NCBI GenBank assembly: GCA_002269645.1
Contig: NIVC01001219.1
Span: forward strand, 1 to 64,000
DNA: 64,000 nt
Origin: Macrostomum lignano
Taxonomy: Eukaryota
Direction: 5' to 3'
In this document: in pieces, positions 14,400 through 27,432 of the stretch
How the letters are laid out: the number at the start of each line of letters is the position of its first letter
Position numbering within the stretch: position 1 is the stretch's first letter
The notes under the pieces: model-generated
The model's database searches: none
What the model was told of the DNA's origin: nothing
What the model saw: the letters and a program-made list of their open reading frames with translations, nothing else
Program-made: the position numbers and the translations under genes

Positions 14400-14470
14400 A
14401 AGCTTCTGCTCCGTCTGCTTTCGCCATCACCAGTGCCGAGCTCAGAATTGGGCGCAGAAGTTGCTGACAT
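4365..14470 (-). CDS. prep: TALE-class homeobox transcription factor PREP/PKNOX (3'-partial); coding exons 14470-14136, 6254-5815, 4951-4365
   Basis: Exon 6254-5815 encodes the MEINOX domain (IYAHPLFPLLASVLERCE...[34 protein letters not shown]). Exon 4951-4365 ends in the homeodomain start KQKRGVLPKRATQIMKQWLFQHLV; RGVLPK is PREP-type rather than Meis RGIFPK. It is followed by GTGAGT at the conserved FQHLx|HPYP intron position. Junctions are phase-consistent: AA|gtgagt..cag|C (phase 2) and G|gtgcgt..cag|TT (phase 1). The ATG exon is less certain than the two domain exons. I found no HPYP...WFINARRR exon in 1-4364. Confidence 0.92.
4952..5570. repeat. 22-bp minisatellite ACTGAAGACTCAGGGAGTTCGG
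   Basis: About 28 tandem copies beginning exactly at the PREP splice acceptor. Confidence 0.95.
5665..5780. repeat. 20-bp minisatellite GAGACTCAGGGGTTTGAATT
   Basis: About 5 copies, ending ~35 bp from the donor at 5814. Confidence 0.8.
6327..8244. repeat. 28-bp minisatellite GTCACTCTCCGATCTCTCTAGCCGCTAA
   Basis: About 68 near-identical copies with recurring variant blocks. Confidence 0.97.
11372..11740. repeat. Compound minisatellite: 29-bp unit (GATCTTGGATTGTGGAAGTCCAACATGAG) followed by 30-bp unit (GATCTGAGAGAGTGACTGCTCAAACCTGAG)
   Basis: About 4 plus about 8 tandem copies. Confidence 0.9.
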
Positions 14471-16350
14471 CACCGTGGCGTTATGTCATACACAAGAAAC
14501 TATTTAACAAAATCAAACAGGTTTACAACAGATCAAAGAGCGAGTAAAAGAATCAGGAGATTATGGCTTAAGGCAACAATTGTGAGTTTATAAAGAAAAA
14601 CTTTTGTGGTAAAAAATTAGCCAACTATATAAAATATTGTAAAAACTGAGTACAATAAATAAAGATATATATAAATTTATACCAGATGTATAAGGCAACT
14701 TAGGCGTTGTGCTGAGTGGCTCAGGCGGCAGGCTGCGATCTACACATATAAGGCAAAGAGCGAGATTGTTCCGATCAAAAAGTGCAAAAAATATAAATAT
14801 ATAAATTGATTTCAATCGTTAACTACAGCACATCAAAGTGTAGACAAGAAGGGGCGGGCTTGGACAAAAGCCGAAGCAAAAACAATAGAAAACTTATTTA
14901 AACTCGAGCATATGAAAAAGGCCGCCAGAAGTGCAGGAAAGAAGGCGAAAAGCGCCTGTTAAAAAAATTGAAGCTCGCAGTTACAAACAAAAGAAACTTT
15001 GCTCTCCAACAGTACTGCAAAATGGATACAGTCGGCAAATCTCTCGGAATTAAAACAGATCCGGCCAGGCATTCAAAGCCCAGACAGCAGCCTACAGAAT
15101 GACGCCGATTAGTTAGGCTGCAACAGTTATTGCGAATTATATGCGGTTATGATGAATTACTATATGATTCATTGCCTGCAACAACTAGGAGTATAATTTG
15201 GACGCTATTCTGCACTTCTTGAATCTGACAGTGCAGCTAACAATTAAGCTTTCTATAGTTGCAGGTTGATGCGCAAAGATGAGCAGTTTTGCGTAATTTT
15301 AAATGACATTTTAAAATAGGCAGACAAAATGAGAAACAGTAGGTTTCGTTTCGTAAGTGAAATTGTGTCAGAAATAAAAAATGTGGCAGTGGCTGGATAT
15401 ACGAATACAACATTTTTTTAAAAAAACCTATCAACTAATCAATCAAAATTCATCGCGAAAATTTAGCAAGCTTTGAAATCGTTTCTATAGTAGAGGGCCG
15501 TCAATTTTATAATCTATTGAAAGATTTGAAAGAGGAATGCCAAAAAGCCGGGGAGAGGCGCGGGGAAACGAGACCGGAAAGGCCGAACTCCACTCAAGCT
15601 CTTTCTTCTTCCTACACTGACCTGCAGCAATAAGTCTTAATCGCCATTTATGAAAGCTGAAATACCATTGATTAGTAAATGAGCGCCACTTGACACACAG
15701 AAACTGAATGACCAGCGAAGCTTAAAAGTGATTTTCGATCAATTTTTTTGTTCACTCGCAAAGTGAGCACAAAAGAGCGCACAGCAACCCATCACAGCGC
15801 AGGCTATTCAATATTGTAGCAGCAAGCCATTGACTTGTGAATCAAGTCGGATGGGGCAGCCACGGCCGTGTCGCCATTTCCGATTTGACTGGACAAAACA
15901 CGGCTTCCCCCCCCTCACAGTACCGGTAGATTTGAGCAACCCGGGCGTCACCAAAAGCATTCTTTGAAGCCTTGGCAGCCTTACACGCACAAAGCCACAC
16001 CTGCGCTGGAATGTCCAGAGGATGCAGCTCAAATGCTTAACAATGGTAGGCGGAGACTTTCACAGCGCAGACGCCACTAAGGAGAGACGGAAGAAAAATG
16101 AAAAGCAAAGGACTGGAGTTGAAAGGCAAAAAATTAAGAACGGAAACTGGTGGTTCCAGTCCGGAATTCTCAGACGGCGCGAAAGAGATTATTCAATCTA
16201 TTCTAATGCACACAAATTGACTTTTTACTATAGACACCGTCAGTGCATGGTGCAAGACTGCTTTTTTAAATACGGTCTTAGCGTATAGATTAAGAATCTG
16301 TGTAGTTTTCGCAGCTTGGAATCGAATCGAATCATCGGCTGAAACGACAT

Positions 16351-16384
<34 letters not shown>

Positions 16385-16744
16385 TACGAAAAGATCCAGT
16401 TTGGAGAAACACGGACAAGAATTGTCGGGCGCTCACTTACCAAAACAATAGTCGTGAGAAGGCCAAGTAAGATAGTTTGAAACAGCAGTAGTTTTAGTTA
16501 TAGTTGTAGTAACAACAGAAGCGTCAGAAACTGCCAACCTGACAGGTGAGGTCCGACTCGCACCGGAGCAAGCATTTAAATGGACAGGTGTTAAAGACCG
16601 GCGGTCCGCCATGCCATTTGAGGGGAAGGGAGGGGTGTGAGAAAGGAGTGGGGAGGAGGAGGCCGATGAAAGGCCCCGGGCGCAGAATAATTTGCCAACG
16701 CCAACTGGAGTGGCTCGACCGGGTGAGCCCGAAAACGGCCCGAC

Positions 16745-16875
16745 GGCTTGCCATTGGCCCGGGGCCGTCATTTGTCAATAAAATGGGCGGCCATGGCAGC
16801 ACGGGAGGAGGCGAACTCCGGGATTGGTCGCCATTGGGCCTTGCACTGGCGGCGATTGATGGCACAGCCAATGGC
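16745..16875 (-). promoter_or_regulatory. CCAAT-box cluster, candidate PREP promoter upstream of a putative 5'UTR exon
   Basis: ATTGG/CCAAT at 16753, 16823, 16833 and 16868 in a GC-rich block. A minus-strand GTAAGT donor at 16440-16435 and an acceptor near 14500 would make a 5'UTR intron. This is inference only. Confidence 0.35.
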
Positions 16876-17332
16876 GACTAGGCAGAACATCAAAGCCGAC
16901 AACACGGCTAGATGGTGAGACTTCCGAGGTGAGGACCTCAAAGGAACTGACACGATGGGAAGCTGTTTCGAAAGATCAATATCTGCTTCGCAAGCAGACA
17001 CTTGGTATCCACATACCAACAAACATCACATCGTTTTTGAAGAACGAGTTAATTGCTACTTGCTCCCCCGGTCTCGTTCTAGTAAATATTTGATTTTCTT
17101 ATAGGTTAAAAGGAATCCGGACCAATTATTTTACTAATACTCGTATTTAAAATGATTTACTAATAGCAGCTTTTAAATAGCAAATCTTAGGCGCATGTTT
17201 AATAAAGTCTAAATCAGGATCTAAATAGTTTCTAGTTATAGGATCTTAAATCCTAATAGTTATACTATTGGATCTCTCAATATTTCTTCCAACATTAATA
17301 ACAATTGTCTACGGCCCCGACATCCCGCTAAA

Positions 17333-18144
17333 TTTCACAAGACCTAAACTTCACAAGACCTAAACTTCACAAGACCTAAACTTCCCAAGACCTAAACTTC
17401 ACAAGACCTAAACTTCACAAGACCTAAACTTCACAAGACCTAAACTTCACAAGACCTAAACTTCACAAGACCTAAACTTCACAAGACCTAAACTTCACAA
17501 GACCTAAACTTCACAAGACCTAAACTTCACAAGACCTAAACTTCACAAGACCTAAACTTCACAAGACCTAAACTTCACAAGACCTAAACTTCACAAGACC
17601 TAAACTTCACAAGACCTAAACTTCACAAGACCTAAACTTCACAAGACCTAAACTTCACAAGACCTAAACTTCACAAGACCTAAACTTCACAAGACCTAAA
17701 CTTCACAAGACCTAAACTTCACAAGACCTAAACTTCACAAGACCTAAACTTCACAAGACCTAAACTTCACAAGACCTAAACTTCACAAGACCTAAACTTC
17801 ACAAGACCTAAACTTCACAAGACCTAAACTTCACAAGACCTAAACTTCACAAGACCTAAACTTCACAAGACCTAAACTTCACAAGACCTAAACTTCACAA
17901 GACCTAAACTTCACAAGACCTAAACTTCACAAGACCTAAACTTCACAAGACCTAAACTTCACAAGACCTAAACTTCACAAGACCTAAACTTCACAAGACC
18001 TAAACTTCACAAGACCTAAACTTCACAAGACCTAAACTTGACAAGACCTAAACTTCACAAGACCTAAACTTCACAAGACCTAAACTTCACAAGACCTAAA
18101 CTTCACAAGACCTAAACTTCACAAGACCTAAACTTCACAAGACT
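17333..18144. repeat. 16-bp minisatellite GACCTAAACTTCACAA
   Basis: About 50 almost perfect copies. Confidence 0.97.
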
Positions 18145-18261
18145 TCTCACAAACTTATTGCAATGAAAGTTCGTTCTTGTCAAAGTTAAGAATTGTGAAA
18201 CTGGCTGCTGGTTGAACCTTTCGGTGATGCAAAATTTAGATCTTGTAAAAGCACCCGAGAC

Positions 18262-18642
18262 CAGTGGCGGATCCAGGACTTTTGCCGGGGGGTCAGCCGA
18301 CCTCCTTGCCCCCGGGCCACATCCGCCTGTGAGTTCAAGCCTTGAACTTGAGATACTTTTAAGAAATATAACTATGAATGACAATCGAAAAAACTTGCTT
18401 TTGATTTCCCGGGGGTCATGACCCGCTTTATTTTCTTGAGGGGGGGAGGTCAGCCGACCCCCTTGATCCCTCTGGATCTGCCAATGAGTTCAAGCTCCGA
18501 GCTTGCGTACTTTTAAGCTATATAACTAGGAAAGGAGAAAGGGAAAAATTATTTTCAGTTTCCCGAGGGGTCATGAGCCTACCCACCTAATTTTCTTGGG
18601 GGAGGGTCAGCCGACCCCCTTGACCCCCTGGATACGCCAACG
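18262..18642. mobile_element. Non-autonomous hAT-like MITE (381 bp)
   Basis: Imperfect 16-bp TIRs (CAGTGGCGGATCCAGG / CCTGGATACGCCAACG, 13/16 matching). Exact 8-bp TSD CCCGAGAC at 18254-18261 and 18643-18650. Three internal GGTCAGCCGACC modules. Confidence 0.8.
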
Positions 18643-19704
18643 CCCGAGACTAAGCATATTTTCATAAAAATTGAAACAGTATTTAGCAAAGCAATGCTTA
18701 TAGCTGCACTAAGATACAATAACGTACAACAAACCAGATCAGGGAGCAGTCGGTTTTGTAACTACGATTTACATTAATCACAGGCGTCCCATGCAGGCTG
18801 GCTTCCTAAATGTTCTACTTTTAGGCGCTCCTCCTCCGTCTACTAAATCCCTATATAGTGTTATAACAAAGGTAATCCCAGCGCGAACAACAACTATTAA
18901 GAGTGCTGTAATGAGCGTATGCATACAGAGCGCAGAGATTGCCGTTCACTCTCACACCTTTCACCCCACCACCCTATTCAAGATCCACCGGCCTTGGTTT
19001 CTCCTCCCCCCCAATTGCGGAACAGAGCAGAGCGTTGCCACCCCCCCCCCCAATTTCCCTTCTATATATACACACTCACGTCTCAATGACTATACAAAAG
19101 CATCTGCTATGGAAAAGGATGCTAACATATTTGCCAGGCCAGCCAGTACCAACCAATCCTGCCCGATCCACTACAAGCTGTCAATCCAGAACCAAAGGGG
19201 AGGGGGGAGATGTGTCCTAATTGGGCTCCGGAGGCTCAAGGTTAGAAGGCCATGGGGATGCAGGTGGGAGGAGCTAGAGAAGCCTATTTTTTTCTCCAAA
19301 TCTCGCTTCGTGCTCACTTGAGTTCAGCCGCGCTGATAAAAGATGCCAGCCCCATCGATCGAAGGGTTTGAGATCGTTCTCACAGTCTCTCTTCTCAACA
19401 GGGATGTCCATAGCCCATTAGTATATTCGTTTGGAGAATGGAATCAACAGAAAGTCACAGGGGTAGGTCTTATGAACGCGCCGTTAACTTGAACTTGGCC
19501 AAACAAAGTCTTATGACCCTACTAGTAGTAGTGAGGTTAGCTATTTGCCGGAAAGGTAGCTTGCAAAATTAAAAAGGAATGCTTTATTCTTTGTACGTGC
19601 AAATAATGTTACAGCCACTGCCACCAATAACAAAAATTGAAACGTATGATTGGCGCTTCCAACGATATTTAGATAGACAAGTTAAACAAAGTGTCACTCT
19701 AGAG

Positions 19705-19925
19705 CAGGAGTTGGCAAACTTTTTTTACCATGGGCCATATATAGTAATCTAGCTCATGATTTTGGGTTAGATGAGACAGGAAAGATGAGGAAATAGAGGA
19801 GCTGAGAGAAGGAAAAAGGAGATAAGACAAGAGAAGGGAGGTTAGAGAGCTGAAAGATAAGATGAAAGAAGAGATGAGAGAGAAGATAACAGACAAGAGA
19901 TGAGAGGATAGAGAAGAGGACAGCT
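19705..19925 (+). mobile_element. hAT-Charlie-like MITE left end with GA-rich interior
   Basis: CAGGAGTTGGCAAACTTTTTT..GGGCCA terminus preceded by CTCTAGAG (Charlie-type NTCTAGAN target). The right end was not found. Confidence 0.4.
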
Positions 19926-22900
19926 GAGATAGCCAGACTTAATTACAAATTTCAAAACATATTCCAATTGCAATATGATACTGAGATTAATATAAATGCC
20001 TCAAGATAGTGTTTTATAACTTATAGCTATTTACAAAATGAATAATAGGGCCCAGTTATTATGCATGTAGACCACAAGTTATATGGTAAACATGATTTAT
20101 AATTGTTTGATTCCATATATACATATATAGCCATATTAGTTTAGGGTTTTTGGGTATTAGCTAAGGTTTCTTATAATTTTTAATTATACTAATGCACAAA
20201 ATATGTAGCTTTGAGGATAGCCTTAGATTAGAATATCAAAGCCACTTAGTGGCATAGTCAAAATGGGTACAAAAGGACTTATATTATGCCTTAAAGTTTT
20301 TTGGTAAGTAAATTTAGTTTTTTCTGCTATTTTCACAATTTATTCAACAATTACAAGTATTTACAACAACAACAATTACAAAGTGACGGTTTGTTGGTTT
20401 GCTAGCATGGGTAACTGTGTGCAGTTTTTTGCTTAACTTTATTCTGCTAACTCAGTCACTTAACTTTATTCAATGCTAAACTTCTATGTACTCTGTAAAC
20501 CAATGTGTACTCTGTGCAATTCAGTGTACATCATTGCTCTAGCCTTGCCTCGCCCCTTAAGTCCCTCCACTTGCTCAATCATGCAGTGCATCAATATAGT
20601 TCAATACTCCACTTCAATATTTTCAATAGTCGCAATATTTAAACCATTGCTCTCGATCTGTGTCTCGTCAAGCAACTTAGACTATTCTACTACTGCAAAT
20701 ATATCGCAAGAATTTATACTCGTTCAAACAACATTCAATTCCTGACTTTCGCGTCACGTCAGTGGTCTTCTATGATTCATATAGCTACACCCTTCAAAAA
20801 TTTCTAGCTATTCTTCTAAGGCTCTTTGAACCCTATAAACATATTTATAAATGCATGCTATCTGTATTATAATAAAATATAATCTCCATACTTGTATAAA
20901 CCTAGAAGTTAGTGAGTTATAAGGCTAATATTAAATAGGCCCAAATTATAAAAACTATTACAATAGGGTACCTACAACTAATTCTAATCAATATTTGTTT
21001 TTAGTAATACAAAACTACATGAAAAAATAATATACTATTGTTAGTAATAACTTTGTATTTATTTTATCATATTTATCAGTCATTATAATAATTATTCAAT
21101 GAATAATGATATAAAATTTATGAAAAATTTATAATATATTATAAAATCATACTATGTATCAAGTATATAAAAAAAATTTATATTCATTAGGATTTAGGTA
21201 TCAATATATATTTTATACAAAATATCTATAACTATAAAAATGAAAATTCTATTTGTATTTTATATATAAATTAAACTATAGATATATAGTAAAGCCTTTT
21301 TTGTTAAAGTTGAAATTTATTGGAAGTTAGATCCTAGAAGCCTGACTCTAGAAGTTTGACTCTAGGAGCTCAAATCCTAATTCCTAGGGATAAAAGTTGC
21401 TAATTGGCAAGTTGTAGAAAAAGTTGCTTGTTATATATTTATAGGAATCTACCAAAGTAAGGTCGATCTTAATTTTACTTTTCTTTCTGTAGCATTGGCA
21501 ATAAGTAAAACTTTATTATTTATTAATAAGCATATAGCCAATGTGATTTTGAACTCCTAAAGTCAAAACCAAGTTTTGTGTATACTAAAAATATTGTTTC
21601 TAGCTTTGTATAAGGGATAAACCAAATATATAACTAGAATATTGTTGTAGAATAGGGTTAGCCATAAGTTTCTTCAGCTAAAATTAGAATGATAAGCTAT
21701 TTGAGTGAATGAATAATGATGTCCAGATAGATAAGGATATATATTTAACTAGTTTTAAAGCCATTCCTGAATCATAAGAAATCATGACTAGAATAAATTA
21801 TGAATAGTATCAATCGAAGCACCTTAGCTTAAGTTAAGCCAGCTTAGTAACTCTTAATGACTTAAGCTTAAGTTCCTAAATACACTATATTTTATTATAT
21901 ACTCAGAGTCAGACTGAAAACGATAGATAGATAGTTTGTGATAATTAGCTGTATTATGAAAATTAGGTCAAATATAAAAAATTATTGACTATTCAGACCT
22001 TAGGTAATGTTTCTAAATTTTATTCTACACGCGTGAATCACAAGATGCAAATTCGGCTTTGGGGTGATGAAAACATGAACGTAAGAGATTAAATAAATAG
22101 TTGGAACACATGAAATAAATATAATAGTAATATTCTAGATTCAATGTGGGTAGATCAATCACAATAAGGTTAAATTATTTGATACTGATAGATTTCAAAA
22201 GCTATGCCTGCCCTGCTGTTTCGGAGCCTGTTAAAGCGCGATAATTTTATAGAAAATGTAACGTTTTGAACAAGTGCCTTTTTCGTCATCGGACGCAAAA
22301 GCTTCAATCACGCTATCTACATTCCGGAAACTGTAAAACTCATTACAACTCTTACAGAAAGGGTTTTGTAACTTTTAATCCTACCGTCTATTATTTTTAG
22401 GTTATGGTAATATATATAAAGCACATATAGAAAAAATGCAAGCAGTTTTTTATTATTGTGTGTAAACTATTAAATTTTACATATAGACGCCTTTTAAGAT
22501 TACCTTAAATGTAAGCAATGCTGAAAATGCGTCTATCTGAAAGATGTATGAAGTGTTATCATAATTTCTTAGCAAAAACCCAGTCGACAGTAGACGTATA
22601 AAGAGAGTAAAAGCAGTACTCCAAAATTCCATAGCGAAATTTCTGGTCGTTAAAAGTATTGCTCTATGCCAGGAGTCTAATTACCTGACAATCGACCAAG
22701 GGACTTACGCAATCCATTTTGTTAACCGCGACAGGTCTTACACAGCAGCACATGAAAATGAAAACAGTAAAAAATGAAAGCGTTGGTTTCTCTTCCGATC
22801 TCTTCGTTGCTATCAATAGAACTCCTTGATATTAATATGTATATGATGGCAAAAATAGAAAATAAGAGAATCCCATAGACTACTGCATGATATATGCGTG

Positions 22901-23040
22901 TCCTTTGCAAAATACCATGTATCTACGTTGGCCATCTTGCAAGTTCCATGCTATTATTTTATGCTATGAAGCTATATATAGTGTTAAGATGTAAACCCTT
23001 TGCAATGTAAGGACCTGCCAAGAGAACACCCGGTATAGCC

Positions 23041-26000
23041 ATGAAATCGGCTGCTAAACTCAGTTCGAGTGGCCACAGCAAACGATATCATCATCAGCAT
23101 CGACGCCAGAGGCAGCGTTCCCTACGGCCAGAATTCGGGTTCACCGTGCAATACATACCCAGTATGATGGATACTCTGCTGGTTGAGATGGGTTACACTG
23201 CCAGCCATTTTCAATCGGTAAAGAAAAGAATATGCCAGGTTTATCAACTGCTGGTTGAGGCGCTCAGCCGCCACGACCCGCTGCCTTGGCTAGTTCGCGA
23301 CGCCATCGAGTCTTTGGTGCTGGCGCCTCCGCTTTTGAGTGTGTCGCAGCCGCAGCAACAATCGCTTCAGGCTAGGTACGAGCTACATGTAGTTTATCAG
23401 ATTTTTCAGGGATTAATAGGGCTACTAATGGGTATTGATTCATAATGGTTTACGAGTAGTTTTTAAAATACCTGAAATTTCCTTCGCAATTCCTCCCAGG
23501 CCATCAGTTGCGACCTGCATGTGTCTCAACAGCAGCGGCGCGAATTCTTGGGGCCATCCGCAGCAGCTCAGTGAAAAGCCGCGGCTTCAGAGCAAGAGCG
23601 ACATTGACACCATCACGGCTATGGACATCCCTTATACTCTGCGCCATTTCGACTGTGACATATCGGCTGCTGTCAACATCAGCGAAGGCACTTCGCGGCG
23701 CGTCACAGGCGGCGGAACTGGCGGCACAGTCAGCTTCTCGTTGTCGGAAGGTCGCACCACCTGCGCACGGAGTCGCGTCAGCTTTGAGAACTCGAAAAGC
23801 GACGCGCCTCAGCGAGCTGTCTGTCGCGCGATTGCCGAAGTCCTGGTGACTCGGCGGCTGACTTCGATTGTGCGTCGAGCAGCGAGGGCAGCAGCGACAG
23901 CCGGAGGCAACGGCAGTGTCTGTGAGACGAGCGGAACTCCTGCCGGCACATGTGAGTCATTTTGAAATTTATAATTGAATCATGCTCATAGCAATGCCTC
24001 TGTCCTCATGCTCATAGCAATAGCTCGTACCTCTGTCCTCATGCTCATGGCAATACCTCTGTCCTCATGCTCATGGCAATACCTCTGTCCTCATGCTCAT
24101 ATGCTCATAGCAATACCTCTGTCCTCATGCTCATATGCTCATAGCAACACCTCTGTCCTCATGCTCATAGCAATACCTCTGTCCTCATGTTCATAGCAAT
24201 ACCTCTGTCCTCATGCTCATATGCTCATAGCAACACCTCTGTCCTCATGCTCATAGCAATACCTCTGTCCTCATGTTCATAGCAATACCTCTGTCCTCAT
24301 GCTCATATGCTCATAGCAACACCTCTGTCCTCATGCTCATAGCAATACCTCTGTCCTCATGTTCATAGCAATACCTCTGTCCTCATGCTCATATGCTCAT
24401 AGCAATACCTCTGTCCTCATGCTCATATGCTCATAGCAATACCTCTGTCCTCATGCTCATAGCAATACCTCTGTCCTCATGCTCATGGCAATACCTCTGT
24501 CCTCATGCTCATGGCAATACCTCTGTCCTCATGCTCATAGCAATACCTCTGTCCTCATGCTCATGGCAATACCGCTGTCCTCATGCTCATAGCAATACCT
24601 CTGTCCTCATGCTCATGGCAATACCTCTGTCCTCATGCTCATAGCAATACCTCTGTCCTCATGCTCATAGCAATACCTCTGTCCTCATGCTTATAGCAAT
24701 ACCTCTGTCCTCATGCTCATAGCAATACCTCTGTCCTCATGCTCATAGCAACACCTCTGTCCTCATGCTCATAGCAATACCTCTGTCCTCATGCTCATAG
24801 CAATACCTCTGTCCTCATGCTCATATGCTCATAGCAATACCTCTGTCCTCATGCTCATAGCAATACCTCTGTCCTCATGCTCATGGCAATACCTCTGTCC
24901 TCATGCTCATAGCAATACCTCTGTCCTCATGCTCATAGCAACACCTCTGTCCTCATGCTCATGGCAATACCTCTGTCCTCATGCTCATAGCAATACCTCT
25001 GTCCTCATGCTCATAGCAATACCTCTGTCCTCATGCTCATAGCAATACCACTGTCCTCATGCTCATGCAATGCCTCTGTCCTCATGCTCATAGCAATACC
25101 TCTGTCCTCATGCTCATGGCAATACCTCTGTCCTCATGCTCATAGCAATACCTCTGTCCTCATGCTCATAGCAATACCTCTGTCCTCATGCTTATAGCAA
25201 TACCTCTGTCCTCATGCTCATAGCAATACCTCTGTCCTCATGCTCATAGCAACACCTCTGTCCTCATGCTCATGGCAATACCTCTGTCCTCATGCTCATA
25301 GCAATACCTCTGTCCTCATGCTCATAGCAATACCTCTGTCCTCATGCTCATAGCAATACCACTGTCCTCATGCTCATGCAATGCCTCTGTCCTCATGCTC
25401 ATAGCAATACCTCTGTCCTCATGCTCATAGCAATGCCTCTGTCCTCATGCTCATGCAACACCTCTGTCCTCATGCTCATAGCAATGCCTCTGTCCTCATG
25501 CTCATCCGTTTCGACAGACGCACCGCACAACAGTCTGGCATCCGCAGCCAGCAGAGCCGCAAGTTCAACCGCTTCATCTCGGACTTCTTCCCCGCCCGGC
25601 CTCCCAATGTTAAAATGCCACGTCTCGGACCGCGGCGGCGGCGGCAGATGCAACGGTTCAAGGAGCTTGACCGCGCCGATTCCCCTGACAGCGGCTGGTG
25701 CGATGGACGGCAGCAACTCAAATCGGGCAACCAATACTCTGATGAGCAACGGAGCGCCATCGTCGTTTGTGTCAATGGTGGCACCCTCGGAGTTTGGTGG
25801 GTCTGCCAGCACCGTCGGCTACGGCGAAGCCGGTGAAGCAACTGGAGGCGTCGGAATCGGCCGCCTGTGCCCGAAGCACCTGGACCGATCGAGCGGCCCA
25901 GCGAGTGAATCCTCCTGCGCAGTCTGCGCCTCTCAGCACTTTTTGCACCGCCATTTGCAACGCTTAGCGCAGGAGTCTGGCGGCGTCGGGTTGGCCCGCC

Positions 26001-26191
26001 TTGAAGACGCTCTGTGCGATGCTTTGCACCTGCAGGAGCAGTGGCGCCGCAGTGTGCGCTGGGTGGCCACCTGCGTCAAAGACAACAGGCTGCCAGAGTC
26101 GATCCGGCCGCTGGTTCGCTGCGTTTGTGCCGCCGAGACCAACTGCTGCGGCAGCTGCGAGGAAGGCGGAGTCAGGGAGACGAAAAAATGA
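23041..26191 (+). CDS. Uncharacterised 486-aa protein; exons 23041-23375, 23500-23951, 25518-26191; possibly a degenerate Mab-21/cGAS-like nucleotidyltransferase
   Basis: gccATG start. AG|gtacga..cccag|G (phase 2) and T|gtgagt..gacag|AC (phase 1) join three ORF-track frames into one 1461-nt frame ending in TGA at 26189-26191. Exons are GC-rich. The functional guess rests only on by-eye motifs. Confidence 0.75.
23984..25505. repeat. 26-bp minisatellite CTCATAGCAATACCTCTGTCCTCATG filling intron 2 of the unknown gene
   Basis: More than 50 copies, starting ~33 nt after the donor and ending 12 nt before the acceptor. Confidence 0.97.
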
Positions 26192-27079
26192 GCCTGTGCC
26201 GTAGCGTCATCACCCATGAACAGTGCAGCAAGGCGAGCGGCGGTGGCTTTAGAGTCGTTGGAGGCTGGCCGCCACCCTCGAAGCCCAAAGACGCAAAGTA
26301 GCTCCAGCACTCTCCGCTCTTAGTTGGCATCAGTTCTGCGTATTTGCCTTTCATTTATTGATTTCGCACTCAAGCTACTTTCCCTTGCAATGCGGCGCTT
26401 CCGTCCTGTCAGCGCAGCGACTAGCCATTGAATTTTTAACTTAAAATAAAGAAGTGGGACGGCAATGTATAATGTCAGATTTAGCTTCAAAAGTTTTTTT
26501 CAAGCCACGTCGTATTTAAGCCGCTGATCTCCCAGATGGGCACACATTGAAATGGTTTAGAAGTATCAAATCCAAGAGCTAAAAGGTCGTCCAGCGGCAT
26601 GATGAAGCGCCTGTAACCAAGTTTGTTGACTTTGCAATTTGTTGAATACAGCATCCAAGTGTGTTTACGTGGCTATGCCAATTTCATTTGGTAGAAATAT
26701 GAATCACAGATTCCTATACTACTAATAGTAATCACTAGTACTCAAATGTACTTGCCATAAAGCACCTAAACCCGCTTCTCTGGCTCTTGATTTAAAATCC
26801 TTAATTTATGAACTTAGACCTTAGCAAGTGGTGCTCATGCAGTTTCTCTGAAAACTTAAATATTCATGCTCCACTGCAGGGAACTCCAGAACATATTGGC
26901 ATTGTTTAAATGGTGTCATACCGTTGTCTTGTCAGAACATACGACTAAAGGCGCGATGAGTAAAAATAAATCTGGTGTCAATAGTGGATCAAGTTTCCCA
27001 GTAAATAAATTTGTGCTTATCGTAAAAAATCCGCCCATTTTGTGCTATGCAAATCGAAACCATATTTTGTCCAATTACA

Positions 27080-27432
27080 CAATAATAATAATAATATTAA
27101 TAATAATAATAATAACTGATTACACCCACAGAATACACAGGCATTTTGTGTAATACACCTGCCCTAATTGGGCCAAATGCGCAACCGACAGCTCAGCCGC
27201 AGCTATTGCGCGGCGCATCTGAAGGCTGCGTACGGCTGTTCAGTCCAAGGACTGGGGGTCGCCACACACAGCCTCAATTACCCCAGCTAATGCTGGCACC
27301 CATTTTACAGCTGGGTGAACTGAAGCAATGCCGAGTTGTGTCTTGCTTAAGAACACCAATTGTTCCGAGTGGGATCGGGAATCGAACCCCCGACATTTCA
27401 GTCGTGAGTCCGACGCTCCAACCACAAGGCTA
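27080..27432 (-). mobile_element. tRNA-derived SINE family A with a CORE-like central domain
   Basis: B-box GGTTCGATTC, central TTAAGCAAGACAC..TTGCTTCAGTTCACCCAGCTGTAAAATGGG and a (TTA)n tail. The body is near-identical to the copy at 62610-62915. Confidence 0.85.
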
